Source: the human T2T-CHM13v2.0 reference genome, Homo sapiens
Reading direction: 5' to 3' (one strand)
Assembly: GCF_009914755.1 (NCBI RefSeq)
Contig: NC_060930.1
Length of the DNA: 64,000 nt
The notes under the pieces are model-generated. The model was not told the origin of the DNA and did no database searches. It saw only the letters and a program-made list of their open reading frames with translations. A program made the translations under genes and the position numbers. Positions 11,811-25,102 of this stretch are shown here, one piece after another; position 1 is the stretch's first letter, and the number at the start of each line of letters is the position of its first letter.

Positions 11811-13059
11811 GACAAACGAATAAAGGAAGAAATGGCAGCTCTGATATTAAAGCCCTCAGCTCCTCCTGGAAAGAGGAACCAAGCCTTGGTGAAGCTTCAG
11901 AGAAGAAGGAACAATTAAAACAGGCTCCAGGGATGAGGAGAATGGACTGGATGGAGGAGGAGCGAGCGGCTGCCAAGGTAGGTGTGCCTCCAAGCACAGA
12001 AGGCAGCCAATGGTCATGCCCGGTTCCTGGGCCAGAGAGCAGGGGGGTGGTACCAGGTGGTGCTAGGGCCCCTGCTACATGGCTGGAGTTTCTCTTCTTC
12101 TCTAGTTCATTCCATGTTCTAAACACAACAAATCACATTGCCTCCAGGTGTTAGGACCAAGAATATTAAGGTCCTGAACCAAAATGCCAATATTTGGTAA
12201 AATGGCATTCCCTCATTTATATATATAAGTGCGTATCTGTATGTGTTCGGGTACTTCTATAAAATCTGCCAGTTTTTAACTTCCTAAATATAATGGCTAA
12301 CTCTTTTATTGTAGACAAAATAACTAAATAATTGCACAGACATAATCCAACATCATGGGTTTGATTTTCTTAAGGGTAGAACAGCTCCAGCCATATAAAT
12401 GCAGTGTGTGAGTGAAAATGAGGACGGAAGAGCGGGTGCAGCACGGGGGACCCAGCAGTCCTTGAGCCAAGGTCTGGACCCTCAAAAGCAGTGGACGTGG
12501 AAGGTGGTAGCTCCGATAGCCAGTGGGCATATACGCACAGAGAGCCTCACTCTCCAGCTCCAAAGCCTTCCATATCGATGGCTCCTTTTAGCACTACAGG
12601 GTCCTAAGGAGAGATGTCAAAAATGTTTAACAACCGTTGCAGCAGTACCGGGTTGGAAGGGACTCCGTAAGCAAGTTCCTACCTCCTGAGCATCAGGTCT
12701 GGCCTTGGTGATGGTTTTTCTCTGTCAAGGAGATTTTCAGCATTTGCAGTACATTAATTTTATGCATGAAATTTATCTTCATGTACTGTTCCTTTGTTTA
12801 TTTTTGAGAGGAATATAAAGGGGAACTAAGAACAAACTTTTGCTCGAAGCCCTACTCTAGAAAGAATTCTAGAGTAACAGGATCTCTAAATTTCAAAGGA
12901 AGCCAAAAAATAAAAAAATAAAAAAACTCAATAATTTTGTACATTTTATATATGTTTTGGTAGAATAAAATAAATCCTGTAAAACCACAGAAAGGTAATT
13001 TAAGTACTTGGAAATCTATGTCAATATAGCCAAGATAATGGAGGTAAACTAACCTGGAT

Positions 13060-13420
13060 CAGAGAAAACAAAAGTTGGAAAACACTGAGGGATCATCTTG
13101 TCGGCCTATCAGAAACGGTATCCAATCTACAACATCACAGCAAGTCAACATCCGATTTCTTCTTAAGGCTTTCCAACAGCAAGAACTTTGCCATCTTACA
13201 AGGCAGTCCATCCTATCAATGAATAGCTCTACGTCTTAGAAAGTTCCCCTCAGGAAAGAAATCTGGTCCTCTATACCTTTCATCTATCAATCCAAGTTCT
13301 GTCCTCTGGTGTCCTAAAGAGCAAGTCAGGTCTTTTGAAAATGATGTCTCTTCTCATATTTCCAGTGCTTATCATGTGCCTCTATAATTATGCTCTTTTC
13401 CATGGTTTATAAGCACATTG
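13060..13420 (-). mobile_element. CR1/L3 LINE fragment
   Basis: aggcagtccatcc...ttagaaagttc...aaatctg...gttctgtcctctgg is typical of antisense L3. Confidence 0.65.
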
Positions 13421-14234
13421 CTGATGTGATGTGGGGTCTCTGCATTTTTTCTTGGTGCTGTCTTGGGAAGCGGCATAGTATGGTGGTATCTTCTGAAACT
13501 GCAGACTCCAGGCCCAAATGGGCTGTGGAAAGGGGACCTTCTTTATACATGTACATAAGTTCTGAGCAATAAAAAATTTTATTCTATCTGGTATTTGTGC
13601 AGTAGCTTTTTATAAAAGAAAGCAAACAGCTTCACCTTTGTTTCTGTTATATATCCTCCTGTTGGTTCAGCGCATAATTCCAACTATAAAGGCTGAAACT
13701 GAATTCTAGATATTGAGTCTGTCACTCAGGGCATCCGTTGTTCCTGCAAGCTCAGAACCAAGTCTGCTATGCATTCCTTCTGTGTTTTGTACAAGCAGAT
13801 GGAAAATGTCTGAAACAAAAAGAAACTAAACAGGTAGTGCTTTCACATGCCACTAGAGATTTCCTTCTACTTCAACTGTGCCATTGTATTTAAGTGAAGT
13901 TCTGGAAGTTACAAATCCCCCTGTCACTCTGCTGTCCTATGAAAGGCTATGAAGAAGGTGCATGTGTGAAAGTGCCAGCTGCTTCACTGACACACTCACC
14001 TTCACAGCCTAAGCAAGGGTGTTGATCCCACTTGACACATCAGGAACTCGTGTTGTGGAGGCGTTCAACAGCCCACCTAAAGCCACTGAGTGGGTGGGAG
14101 GCAGGTGAGTGACTGCAATACAGACCCCAGGGGTCCTTCACTTACAAACACATCAAGAGAAGACACAGTGTTGATGCCCAGATATATCGTTTCAGGTTTT
14201 CCATCGCTCTATTATGATTTTAGAAATAATTTTA

Positions 14235-14368
14235 GGCAGGGCACACTGGCTCACACCTGTAATCCCAGCACTTTGGGAGGCCAAGGCAGGCCGATCACTT
14301 GAGGTCTGGAATTCAAGGCCAGCCTGGCCAACGTGGTGAAACCCCATCTCTATTAAAAAAAAAAAAAA
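14235..14368 (+). mobile_element. Alu left monomer only
   Basis: ggcagggcacactggctcacacctgtaatcccagc...ccccatctctatt followed by an A run; no right arm. Confidence 0.9.
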
Positions 14369-14374
14369 ATGCCA

Positions 14375-14514
14375 GGAGAATTCTATCACAAGAAGCACAA
14401 GGATGATCTGTGCCCCGCCATAATTCAATCGCTCCCAACCAGGCCCCTCCTCCAGCAATGGGAATTACAATTTAACAGGAGATTTGGGTGGAGACACAGA
14501 GCCAAACCATATCA
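14375..14514 (-). mobile_element. MST (MaLR) LTR 5' portion
   Basis: gagatttgggtggagacacagagccaaaccatatca is the reverse complement of an MST/THE1 start. Confidence 0.85.
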
Positions 14515-16415
14515 ACCATCAATCCTAAACAGTGGGTTTAACTTTCCTTTCAGGTCTCAGAAAAGTACACAGGACAATAAAATATGCCCGCTTCATCATT
14601 TCATTTATGTATCCATCCCTTCATTCTTTCATGCTGTAAACAACATAAACTGTAGCTCATTCCTTTCTTCTGCTCTATGAAAACATTTTTACAGCTTCCC
14701 ATCTTTCTTCCTACTTATCCTTGGTTACTTGTCATTTCTTCAGCATTTGTACTTCCCCTTTCAAAATGTGAGCTTGGTGGACACCACCTAAATTGGTTTT
14801 GTTAGATATCACCCCATTTTTCTTTCTGAGTATCATCACATGTCAGTGAATAGTTGGAATTTATTCTTCCAGAACCTTAAATCAAATTCCTTCAGAGGAT
14901 CTAGACCCTGCCTTTTCTAGAAATGTGGAGGCCAGTTTTCCTAAAAGCCATAGTACGTGTCTGATTGACCTGGCATTTTCTTTCTTGCTGACTGAGACCT
15001 CCGTAGCGGTGGGGTTATTGTCTCTGACACTGCAACTCAGTATGGAATATGTGTTCCCCTTGTAGCTTCCTCCACCATTTTTGAGAATGCATGTTAACCA
15101 ATAAAGTCAAAACTTTAATGACTTTTAGTGGGATGTATTCAGATATTTGTTCATTCAATAAGTATTGATCAATTTCTTGCAAAATGCCAGTCTTGTGACC
15201 TATGTAGTTAAAATGTCACCCCTACTCTTCCTTCCCAAGAACTCTGCCATCTGCTCTTTAAAGGTTACAAATGCTGGCTCAGCTCAACCAGAATTAATCC
15301 AGGCATGTGGTTTCTTTGGCTAACATGTTGCATTACAAAACGAAGTCATTTCTCCAAAATTTCACATACAAGATTTCACATACAATTCCAAATTATTAAT
15401 TCCTCTTGAAAAACTGGAAGACAACTCTGAGACTATATATCCATAGGGCCAAAACCAGTGAGAGACAAGCAGCAGCTTCCCCTGCAGAAAGGTTTTATTT
15501 CTCCATGTGAATGAAGATAAGTTCTCCAGGAGCAGTGTCAACACAGCACACAACCTGGCCTGCGCCCCTCTCTCTCCTGAGCCCTGTAGGCATCCAGGTT
15601 TATACCTCCTGCCCTAAGTAAAGCCTCAATCCTCCTCTCCTTTAGGACGCACATAAATTATTTCTGCCATTCCTGCTCCCTTGGATTGGTAAATTATCGT
15701 ATCAGTATAAACCCATGCCATCACTAGCCCATATGGCCCTTCATGAAAAATTGGAAAAAGGCACCCTAATTCTACTTTATATCCATCTGTTGGAAAATTG
15801 CTGTGAATTACTGATTTTGTCATATGAAGTTACATGGCTTCTTTATCCCAGAAATTTATCATAATAAATAACCAATAGCAAATCTTGGAATCGCACTGTG
15901 TGAATGGTGTCCCTCCACATGAGACACTGGCAGGCAGGGCCCAGACAGCACCAACATCCACGACAGCCCCCAACCCACACCTGCTTGTCACCTACTACAG
16001 TTCCATCCAATAGCACCACCACCAACACTTCCACTGCCCCACACACAGCTTCATGAAGGCCATTATGCCAAGGGGAGGTTTTTTCCTTCCAACTATTATT
16101 TCTATGAAATTTTTTCCTTCTAAAATTTGCTCTCCAAATATTTTACCCTGCACAGGGCTCTACATGCTGCTATTTGAAAGACCAGTAGCAGAATCTTCAC
16201 TAACCTTCCAAACAGATATTTTGAGATAATATTAAGGGGACTTTATTTCCATAGTTTAAAGAAATATTTTGCCCTGTTACTATACTTTTTCCTATTTTGA
16301 ATTTTAACTAGAGAAAGAGACCCATATATTCTTGATGTGAAAAGGGACAAGTTACTCTTTCTCTGCTACTCTCTTTTTATAAAAAATAAAGCAAATAAAA
16401 TGCCACATTAAAATC

Positions 16416-16467
16416 TTTTTTTTTTTTTTTTGAAACAGGGTCTCACTGTCCCTCAGGCTAGAGTGCA
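16416..16467 (-). mobile_element. Short Alu 3'-end fragment
   Basis: poly(T) followed by gaaacagggtctcactgtccctcaggctagagtgca. Confidence 0.8.
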
Positions 16468-17301
16468 CATGCAGGCACACCTCTTGTCATTGTGCTTCAA
16501 GTTGTTGTGCTTTGAAGATACTGCATTTTTTAACAAATTGAAGGTTTATGGCGACCGTGCATCAAGCAAGTCCACAGGAGACATTTTGCCAACAGCCATG
16601 TGCTCACTTCATGTCTCTGCATCACATTTTGGTAATTCATATAATATTTCAAACTTTTCCACTATCATTATATCTGTTATTGTGATGTATGATCCACGAT
16701 CACTGACATAAATATCGTCTAGTTTTGGGGCACCACCAACCATGCCTATATAAAACAGCGAACTTATAAATGTTACATGTGTTCCGACTGATACGCCAAC
16801 TGCCTGTTAGACACTGTCTCTGTCTTTCTCCTCAGGTGTGCCTCCCTATAGCCTGAGACGCAACTATACTGTATTAGACCAATTAATAATGCTACGACGG
16901 CATCTAAATGTTCAAGCGAAAGGCAGAGTTGCATGTCTCTCACTTTAAATCAAAGCTAGAAATGATAAAGCTCAGTGAGGAAGGCACGTTGAAAGCCAAG
17001 ACAGGCTTTGCACCAGGTTGGCTGTACCAACAAGTTAGTCAAGTTGTGAATGCTAAGAAAACTTCATGAAGGCAATGAAAAGTGCTACTCCAGTGAACAC
17101 ACAAACGAAACGAAAGCAAACAGCCATATTGCTGATATGGAGAAAGTCTGAGTTATCTGGATACAAGATCGAAACAGCCACAACATTCCCTAAAGCCAAA
17201 GCCTAATCTAAAGCAAGGCCCCAACTCCCTTCAATTCTACGAAGGCTGAGAGAGGTCAGGAAGCTGTAAAAGACAAGGTTGAAGCTAGCAGAGGTTGGTT
17301 C

Positions 17302-17835
17302 ATGAGGATTAAGGAAAGAAACTGTCTCCATCATGTAAAAATGCGAGGTGAAGCAACAAATGCTGCTGTAGAAGCTGCAGCAAGTTATCCAGAGCATCTA
17401 GCTAAGATTGGATACACCAAACAACAGATATTCAGTGTAGAGAAAACAGCCTTTTATTGCAAGATGCCATCTGGGACTTTCATAGCTAGAGAGGAAAAGT
17501 CAATGCATGGCTTCAAAACTTCCAAGGACAGGCTGATTATCTTGTTAGGGGCAAATGCAGCTGGTTTAAAGCCAATGCTCATTTCCATTAAAATCCTAGG
17601 GCCCATCATGCTGAAATTTCTGTGGCCATGCTCTATAAATGGAAAAACAGCCTATATGCCAGCACATCTGTTTACAGTGTGTTTTACCGAATATTTTAAG
17701 TGCACTGTTGAGAACTCCAGCTCAGAATATTACTGCTTATTGACAATACAACTGGTCACCCGAAAGATACACAAGGAGATTAATTTTGTTTTTATGCCTA
17801 CTGACTCAACATCCATTCTGCATCCCATGGATTAA
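17302..17835 (+). pseudogene. Degenerate Tigger1 pogo-type transposase fragment (TIGD1-like family)
   Basis: ORF contains GYTKQQIFSVEKTAFYCKMPSGTFIAREEKSMHGFKTSKDRLIILLGANAAG and VFMPTDSTSILHPMD; the frame is broken and the first catalytic D.T motif appears altered (EKT). Confidence 0.85.
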
Positions 17836-18200
17836 GGAGCAATTTTAACTTGCAAGTCTTATTATTTAAGAAGTATATTTCATAAGGCTATAGCTGTCCC
17901 AGATATTGAGTCTTCTTATGGAGCTTGGCAAAGATCTTTGAAAACCTTCTGGAAAGGATTCCTCATCCTAGGTGCTCTAACAACATTCATGATTCATGGG
18001 AAGAGGTCAAAATATCAATATGAACAGGAATTAGAAGATTTGGATTCCATCTTTCAATGACTTACTCCTCAGTGGAGGAAGTCACTGCAGATGTGGTAAA
18101 AATAACAAGAGAACAAGAACTAGAAGTGGAGCCTGAAGATGTGACCAAATTGCTGCAATCTCATTACTTGAATGGATGAAGAGTTGTTTCTTATGGATGA

Positions 18201-18527
<327 letters not shown>

Positions 18528-19018
18528 TGTAGGTTGGTTTTGAGACATAATGCTATCGCATAATTAATAGACTACATTACAGTGTAAACATAACTTTTAA
18601 ATGCAGCGGGAAACCAAAACACTCATGGGTTGCACTTTCTTGCTATATTTGTTTTACCGTGGTCTTCTGGAATCTAACCTGTAGTATCTCTGAGGGTGTG
18701 CCTGTAACAATACCAGAGTTCATTTTTTCTAAATATACCTTTTGTTAAATCACCACCATTTTCTTAAAAAGCAATATGTTTATGCCAACAACATACTCAG
18801 AGTGAGATTAAATTCTTTAAAAGAAGTTGACTTTTTGAATGTAATAAACTTAATATATAATAATTACATCAAATTGCTCTTATTTCTCCTATTTTATCGC
18901 TCACCAGTGATTTTGATAATGCCTTCTTCTCCTCACCCTTCTACACAGTTCAAGGCCAGGCCTGCCATTCCTTCAGAGGTAGAGGGCTACACAACTGGTA
19001 AGTCCATGCCGAGTGAAG

Positions 19019-19125
19019 CGAGGGTGGCCAACTCTTCCAGCAAAGAGAGGGGCCCTGGGACTTGAGACTTTAAGTGCTGAAACAGGAAACGTCCTGGGTA
19101 AACTGGGGAGGATTGGTCTCACTTA
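19019..19125. mobile_element. MER94-like hAT-Blackjack element
   Basis: agggtggccaact...gactttaagtgctgaaacaggaaacgtcctgggtaaactgggg...ttggtctcactta. Confidence 0.65.
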
Positions 19126-21254
19126 AGGGCAACTAGATTCAAGTAATTACAGTGATTCTGCCACACACCTTGGCTTTCTCTGAGCAGTGCGGCCCATCTC
19201 ACACTGGAATGCGTGATGCTAAAGAACCTCTACAGGGTAAGCAAGGGCAGCAAGGACAATGGAATAGTTGGGCTCCATCTGTGAAATACCAGAGCAGCAA
19301 ACAGGAGTATGAGAGGTTTCCATAACACTTTCTGAAGACTGTTTGTCATTTTTCCACTTATCTAATCAGGTGTTTTCATAAAACTCAACAGAATATGTAT
19401 ACAAGTATAAAATGTATACAATGTATACAAGTATAAAATGTTCATATTACTCTATCTTCACCTCTTCTTCTTTTTCACTAGAAAGATGTCACACTCTCAA
19501 TGCCAATTTCAGTCTATGTTACAGCTACAACGATACCTCCTCTCTCTGGAAGCCTCAGGGGAATGTCTGGGTAATGGAGAGCACCGTATCCACACTTTAC
19601 AATTTTAAAACTTAAAGCCACACATCTGCGGCACATGACAGTGCCAACTGCCAAGTACTGAACTGACAGAGATTCACACCATAATGCTAATTCTCTGCAC
19701 AAGGAAGGAATAAAAGTATGTGTCAAAAATCTGAAAATGATTGATGCCTGCCATCTCATCAAGACTGTCTGTCACACGATTTCGATTGATGATTTGAGAT
19801 TGCATGTGAGCGGGACGCAGGTGCTGCAGGTTGCCTAACTAGCTCAACACTTATTCTCAACAACACAAAGACAAATGAATCTCCACATCAGAATACTTTC
19901 CATAAAGTTCATTAGACTTTACTACATCTACAAAAGGCTTGAGGTGGTTGGCCTAATCTCAGGGATACTAAATTCCTAACCATAGAGGACAGCTCAACAA
20001 ATCAGCCACTTTCAAAGGTACTGGTGAGTCCAAGAGACCCAAAAATGTGAGAAGCAGTGCTCTGGCCATTGTGAAGGCACTGAATTGTTTTCATCACTGG
20101 GGGAGAACATATCTACTCTCAGATAAGGATATCCCTGGATTTTCTGGCTGTCCAGTTGAGACTGCTAAGGACTCGGTCAGAGGTGTAATTAGAAGAACAA
20201 CTTGTGATTTCAGTGATTATTTCTAAAGCACACAGTACTGTTTAAACATGACTCTTATGTATCTTGTGACTACAAATATTGAATTAGTAAACTCTCATCT
20301 CTAAAAAGGAACCCCAAATATTGACTTGAAAATAACCACTTTTAGCCACAAGATTATAGATGCAACCTGTTGAACCATTTAGTATGAATCTGCCTAATTA
20401 AGCAAGAGGATTTCAAATAACCAAATATTTCTATTATAAAACACAACCCAAAATAACAGTTAAGAAAAGTTATCTCACCTCCCCCATCCTCACATAACCA
20501 AGGTATTTGAAATTGTTTTAATATTTGCATAAATATTTAAAAAGTTTCACCTTTAACAGAATAGGTAACTAGACGATGCCTCATCTTTTCTCAGAGTTCA
20601 ACACATTTGGACCCATTCTTTAGATGAATGCACTTGTTTATAAAAATGTGTGATGAATGTCACTACATTAGCACGTAATAGATAATCCAAGTTATTTTCA
20701 GACTTAATCAGTTGTAAGTAAAGTGTGAGGGATTTGAGAACACAGAGAGAGGGCTGGTGGCTCTGCAGCTCCTGGTCAACATGGAAAATATGCAGCATTT
20801 CCCGTGGAGCCTCTCAGTCTCGCTGGCAGCTGCAGGATCAGCAGGTCTCGATCCATCATCATTCCTCCTTGGCCCCATACGGGCTGTGAGGACACCTGGG
20901 TCTAATAACAGAAGCTAATCACTCGGCAGTCATTTATGAAAGAGACATAGGAATGGAAAGAAAACCAGGAAAAATGAAACAGATGAATACAAAAGTACGC
21001 TGAAGAGACTGATGTTAAATGGAATGGGATTATAGGATATTTTAAGAAAATGTGAGAGTATTACAAGTAACAAACTACTTCTAATAGCAAAATATTGCCA
21101 TAAAAATACATTATTAATGTTACATAATACACAATATTTCATTATAACATATTATAAATGCATCTTTAAATATCTTTAAAGTTTTAAGAGGATAAATCTA
21201 AAAATTAACTTTCCGATAAGTTTGGAACATGCATAGAATGTAGAGATTTAACTT

Positions 21255-21400
21255 TGATAAATAACTCTGTACTAGGACAGTGGCCCGGGAGACAGAAGGA
21301 GAAGAAGCATTTGCTCCTGACTTCAAGGTTCTTACCATCTCCAGGAGAGACAAATGTACAATTATAACCACAGCAGGAGATGATAAGGCTAATAGGTAAA
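21255..21400 (-). mobile_element. L2 fragment
   Basis: ctctgtactaggac...ctcctgacttcaaggttcttacca...gagagacaaatgtacaattata. Confidence 0.5.
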
Positions 21401-21432
21401 TCTAAAAGAAGTAGTCTCTGAAAAAGAGTGTT

Positions 21433-23346
21433 CTCTCCCTCTCCCTCTCCCTCTCCCTACGGTCTCCCTCTCTTTCCACGGTCTCCCTCTCATGCGGAGC
21501 CGAAGCTGGACTGTACTGCTGCCATCTCGGCTCACTGCAACCTCCCTGCCTGATTCTCCTGCCTCAGCCTGCCGAGTGCCTGCTACTGCAGGCACGCGCC
21601 GCCATGCCTGACTGGTTTTGGTGGAGACGGGGTTTTGCTGTGTTGGCCGGGCCGGTCTCCAGCCCCTAACCGCGAGTGATCCGCCAGCCTCGGCCTCCCG
21701 AGGTGCCGGGATTGCAGACGGAGTCTCCTTCACTCAGTGCTCAATGGTGCCCAGGCTGGAGTGCAGTGGCGTGATCTCGGCTCACTACAACCTACACCTC
21801 CCAGCCGCCTGCCTTGGCCTCCCAAAGTGCCGAGATTGCAGCCTCTGCCCGGCCGCCACCCTGTCTGGGAAGTGAGGAGTGTCTCTGCCTGGCCGCCCAT
21901 TGTCTGGGATGTGAGGAGCCCCTCTGCCCGGCTGCCCAGTCTGGAAAGTGAGGAGCGTCTCCGCCCGGCCGCCATCCCATCTAGGAAGTGAGGAGCGCCT
22001 CTTCCCGGCCACCATCACATCTAGGAAGTGAGGAGCGTCTCTGCCCGGCCGCCCATCGTCTGAGATGTGGGGAGCGCCTCTGCCCCGCCGCCCCATCTGG
22101 GATGTGAGGAGCGCCTCTGCCCGGCCGCGACCCCGTCTGGGAGGTGAGGAGCGTCTCTGCCCGGCCACCCTGTCTGAGAAGTGAGGAGACCCTCTGCCCG
22201 GCAACCACCCCGTCTGAGAAGTGAGGAGCCCCTCCGCCCGGCAGCCGCCCCGTCTGAGAAGTGAGGAGCCCCTCCGACCGGCAGCCGCCCCGTCTGAGAA
22301 GTGAGGAGCCCCTCCGCCCGGCAGCCGCCCCGTCTGAGAAGTGAGGAGCCTCTCCGCCCGGCAGCCACCCCATCTGGGAAGTGAGGAGCGTCTCCGCCCG
22401 GCAGCCACCCCGTCCGGGAGGGAGGTGGTGGGGGTCAGCCCCCCGCCCGGCCAGCCGCCCCGTCCGGGAGGGAGGTGGGGGGGTCAGCCCCCCGCCCGGC
22501 CAGCCGCGCCGTCTGGGAGGGAGGTGGGGGGGTCAGCCCCCGCCCGGCCAGCCGCCCCGTCCGGGAGGGAGGTGGGGGGGTCAGCCCCCCGCCCGGCCAG
22601 CCGCCCCGTCCGGGAGGTGAGGGGCGCCTCTGCCCGGCGGCCCCTACTGGGAAGTGAGGAGCCCCTCTGCCCGGCCAGCCGCCCCGTCCGGGAGGGAGGT
22701 GGGGGGGTCAGCCCCCCGCCCGGCCAGCCGCCCCGTCCGGGAGGTGAGGGGCGCCTCTGCCCGGCCGCCCCTACTGGGAAGTGAGGAGCCCCTCTGCCTG
22801 GCCACCACCCCGTCTGGGAGGTGTACCCAACAGCTCATTGAGAATGGGCCATGATGACAATGGTGGCTTTGTGGAATAGAAAGGGGGGAAGGGTGGGAAA
22901 AGATTGAGAAATCGGATGGTTGCCGTGTCTGTGTAGAAAGAAGTAGACATGGGAGACTTTTCATTTTGTTCTGCACTAAGAAAAATTCTTCTGCCTTGGG
23001 ATCCTGTTGATCTGTGACCTTACCCCCAACCCTGTGCTCTCTGAAACATGTGCTGTGTCCACTCAGGGTTGAATGGATTAAGGGCGGTGCAAGATGTGCT
23101 TTGTTAAACAGATGCTTGAAGGCAGCATGCTCGTTAAGAGTCATCACCAATCCCTAATCTCAAGTAATCAGGGACACAAACACTGCGGAAGGCCGCAGGG
23201 TCCTCTGCCTAGGAAAACCAGAGACCTTTGTTCACTTGTTTATCTGCTGACCTTCCCTCCACTATTGTCCCATGACCCTGCCAAATCCCCCTCTGTGAGA
23301 AACACCCAAGAATTATCAATAAAAAAATAAATTAAAAAAAAAAAAA
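21433..23346 (+). mobile_element. Full-length SVA retrotransposon, SVA_F-like (human-specific subfamily)
   Basis: CCCTCT hexamers, Alu-like domain (ctcatgcggagccgaagc, ctacaacctacacctcc), GC-rich VNTR ~21841-22825, SINE-R, AATAAA at 23318, poly(A); TSD AAGTAGTCTCTGA at 21409-21421 and 23345-23357. Confidence 0.97.
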
Positions 23347-23736
23347 GTAGTCTCTGATTTTTGCAATTTTATTTCGTGAGAACCAAGAAAATCAGAAAAG
23401 CTCTCTAATTCTATGCATTTTGTCCCAATTACTCAGTTTCTCTATTTCAAGTAAATTGGATATAACACTTGAATAGGATTCTGCCTTGATAAGTATTTAT
23501 CCAACCTTATTCTAAAGTTTAATTCATTGTTCTGAAAATTGGATGAAAAAAGTGAACTTCTTAAAGGTTTGTGAATAAAAAATACATAGTCAAACCATAA
23601 TGAAATTCTTCCTGAATACCAATGTCTAGACATTTCCCTGTAGAAAACTGGCAGATATCTAATAGAGTATTGCTTCTGAAAATTAACTGTGTAGTTCTGT
23701 GGTACAAAATCACTTGTAAAAAATCTCCTGGTGTCA

Positions 23737-25102
23737 AAACAGCATGGAACTGGTACCAAAACAGATATATAGACCAATGGAACAGAACAGAGGACTCAGA
23801 AATAACACCACGCATCTACAAACATCTGATCCTTGACAAACCTGACAAAAACAAGAAATGGGGAAAGGATTCCCTATTTAATAAACGGTGTTGGGAAAAC
23901 TGGCTAGCCATATGCAGAAAACTGAAACTGGACCCTTTCCTTACATCTTATACAAAAATTAACTCAAGACCTAAACGTTAAGACCTAAAATCATAAAAAC
24001 CCCAGAAGAAAACCTAGGCAATACCTTTCAGGACATAAGCATCGGCAAAGACGTCATGACTAAAACACCAAAAGAAATGGCAACAAAAGCCAAACTTGAC
24101 AAATGGGATCTAATTAAACTAAAGAGCTTTGCTCAGCAAAAGAAACTATCCTCAGAGTCAACAGGCAACCTAAAGAATGGGAGAAAATTTTTGCAATCTA
24201 TCTATCTGACAAGGGCTAATATTCAGAATCTACAGGGAACTTAAACAAATTTACAAGGGAAAAAAAAACATCAAAAAGTGGGCAAAGGATATGAACAGAC
24301 ACTTCTCAAGACATTTATGCGGCCAAGAAACATATGAAAAAAAGCTCATCATCACTGGTCATTAGAGAAATGCAAATCAAAACCACAGTGAGATACCATC
24401 TCATGCCAGTTAGAATGGGGATCATTAAAAAGTCAGGAAACAACAGATGCTGCAGAGGATGTGGAGAAATAGAAACACTTTTACACTATTGGTGGGAGTG
24501 TAAATTAGTTCAACCATTGTGGAAGACAGTTTGGTGATTCCTCAAGGATCCAGAATCAGAAATACCATTTGACCCAGCAATCCCATTACTGGGTATATAC
24601 CCAAAGGATTATAAATCATTCTACTATAAAGACACATGCACATGTATGTTTATTGTGGCACTGTTCACAATAGCAAAGACTTGGAACAAACCCAAATGGC
24701 CATCAATGATAGACTGGATTAAGAAAATGTGGCACATATACACTGTGGAATACTATGCAGCTATAAAAAAGGATGAGTTCATGTCCTTTGCAGGGACATG
24801 GATGAAGGTGGAAACCATCATTCTCAGCAAACTAACACAGGCACAGAAAACCAAACACTGCATGTTCCCACTCATAAGTGGGAGTTGAAAAATGAGAACA
24901 CATGGATACAGGGAGGGGACCAACACACACTGGGGCCTGTCAGGGGGTGGGGGGATGGGAGTGGATAGCATTAGGAGAAATACCTAATGTAGATGATGGA
25001 TTGATGGGTGCAGGAAACCACCATGGCATGTGTATACCTATGTAACAAACCTGCCTGTTCTGTACATGTATACCACAACCTAATGTATTAAAAAAAAAAA
25101 AA
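23737..25102 (+). mobile_element. 5'-truncated L1PA (L1PA7/8-like)
   Basis: ORF2 C-terminal peptides ([34 protein letters not shown]), 3'UTR, poly(A); TSD CTCCTGGTGTCA at 23725-23736 and 25103-25114. Confidence 0.95.

Noticed and set aside
17302-17835. Possible domesticated TIGD-like transposase gene
   Set aside because: Frameshifts and deletions, an altered catalytic motif and a missing C-terminus indicate a neutrally decayed Tigger1.
19395-19441. Short AT-rich tandem duplications (also 56789-56834 and 6623-6645)
   Set aside because: Ordinary slippage products.
20740-20915. GC-rich, exon-looking stretch on the minus strand
   Set aside because: No convincing donor and no recognisable peptide.
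21389-23330. Many long overlapping ORFs (up to 207 aa)
   Set aside because: All arise from the stop-poor, GC-rich SVA Alu-like/VNTR/SINE-R sequence; not genes.
23622-24888. ORFs with real protein similarity
   Set aside because: Frameshifted L1 ORF2 C-terminal fragments of a 5'-truncated element.
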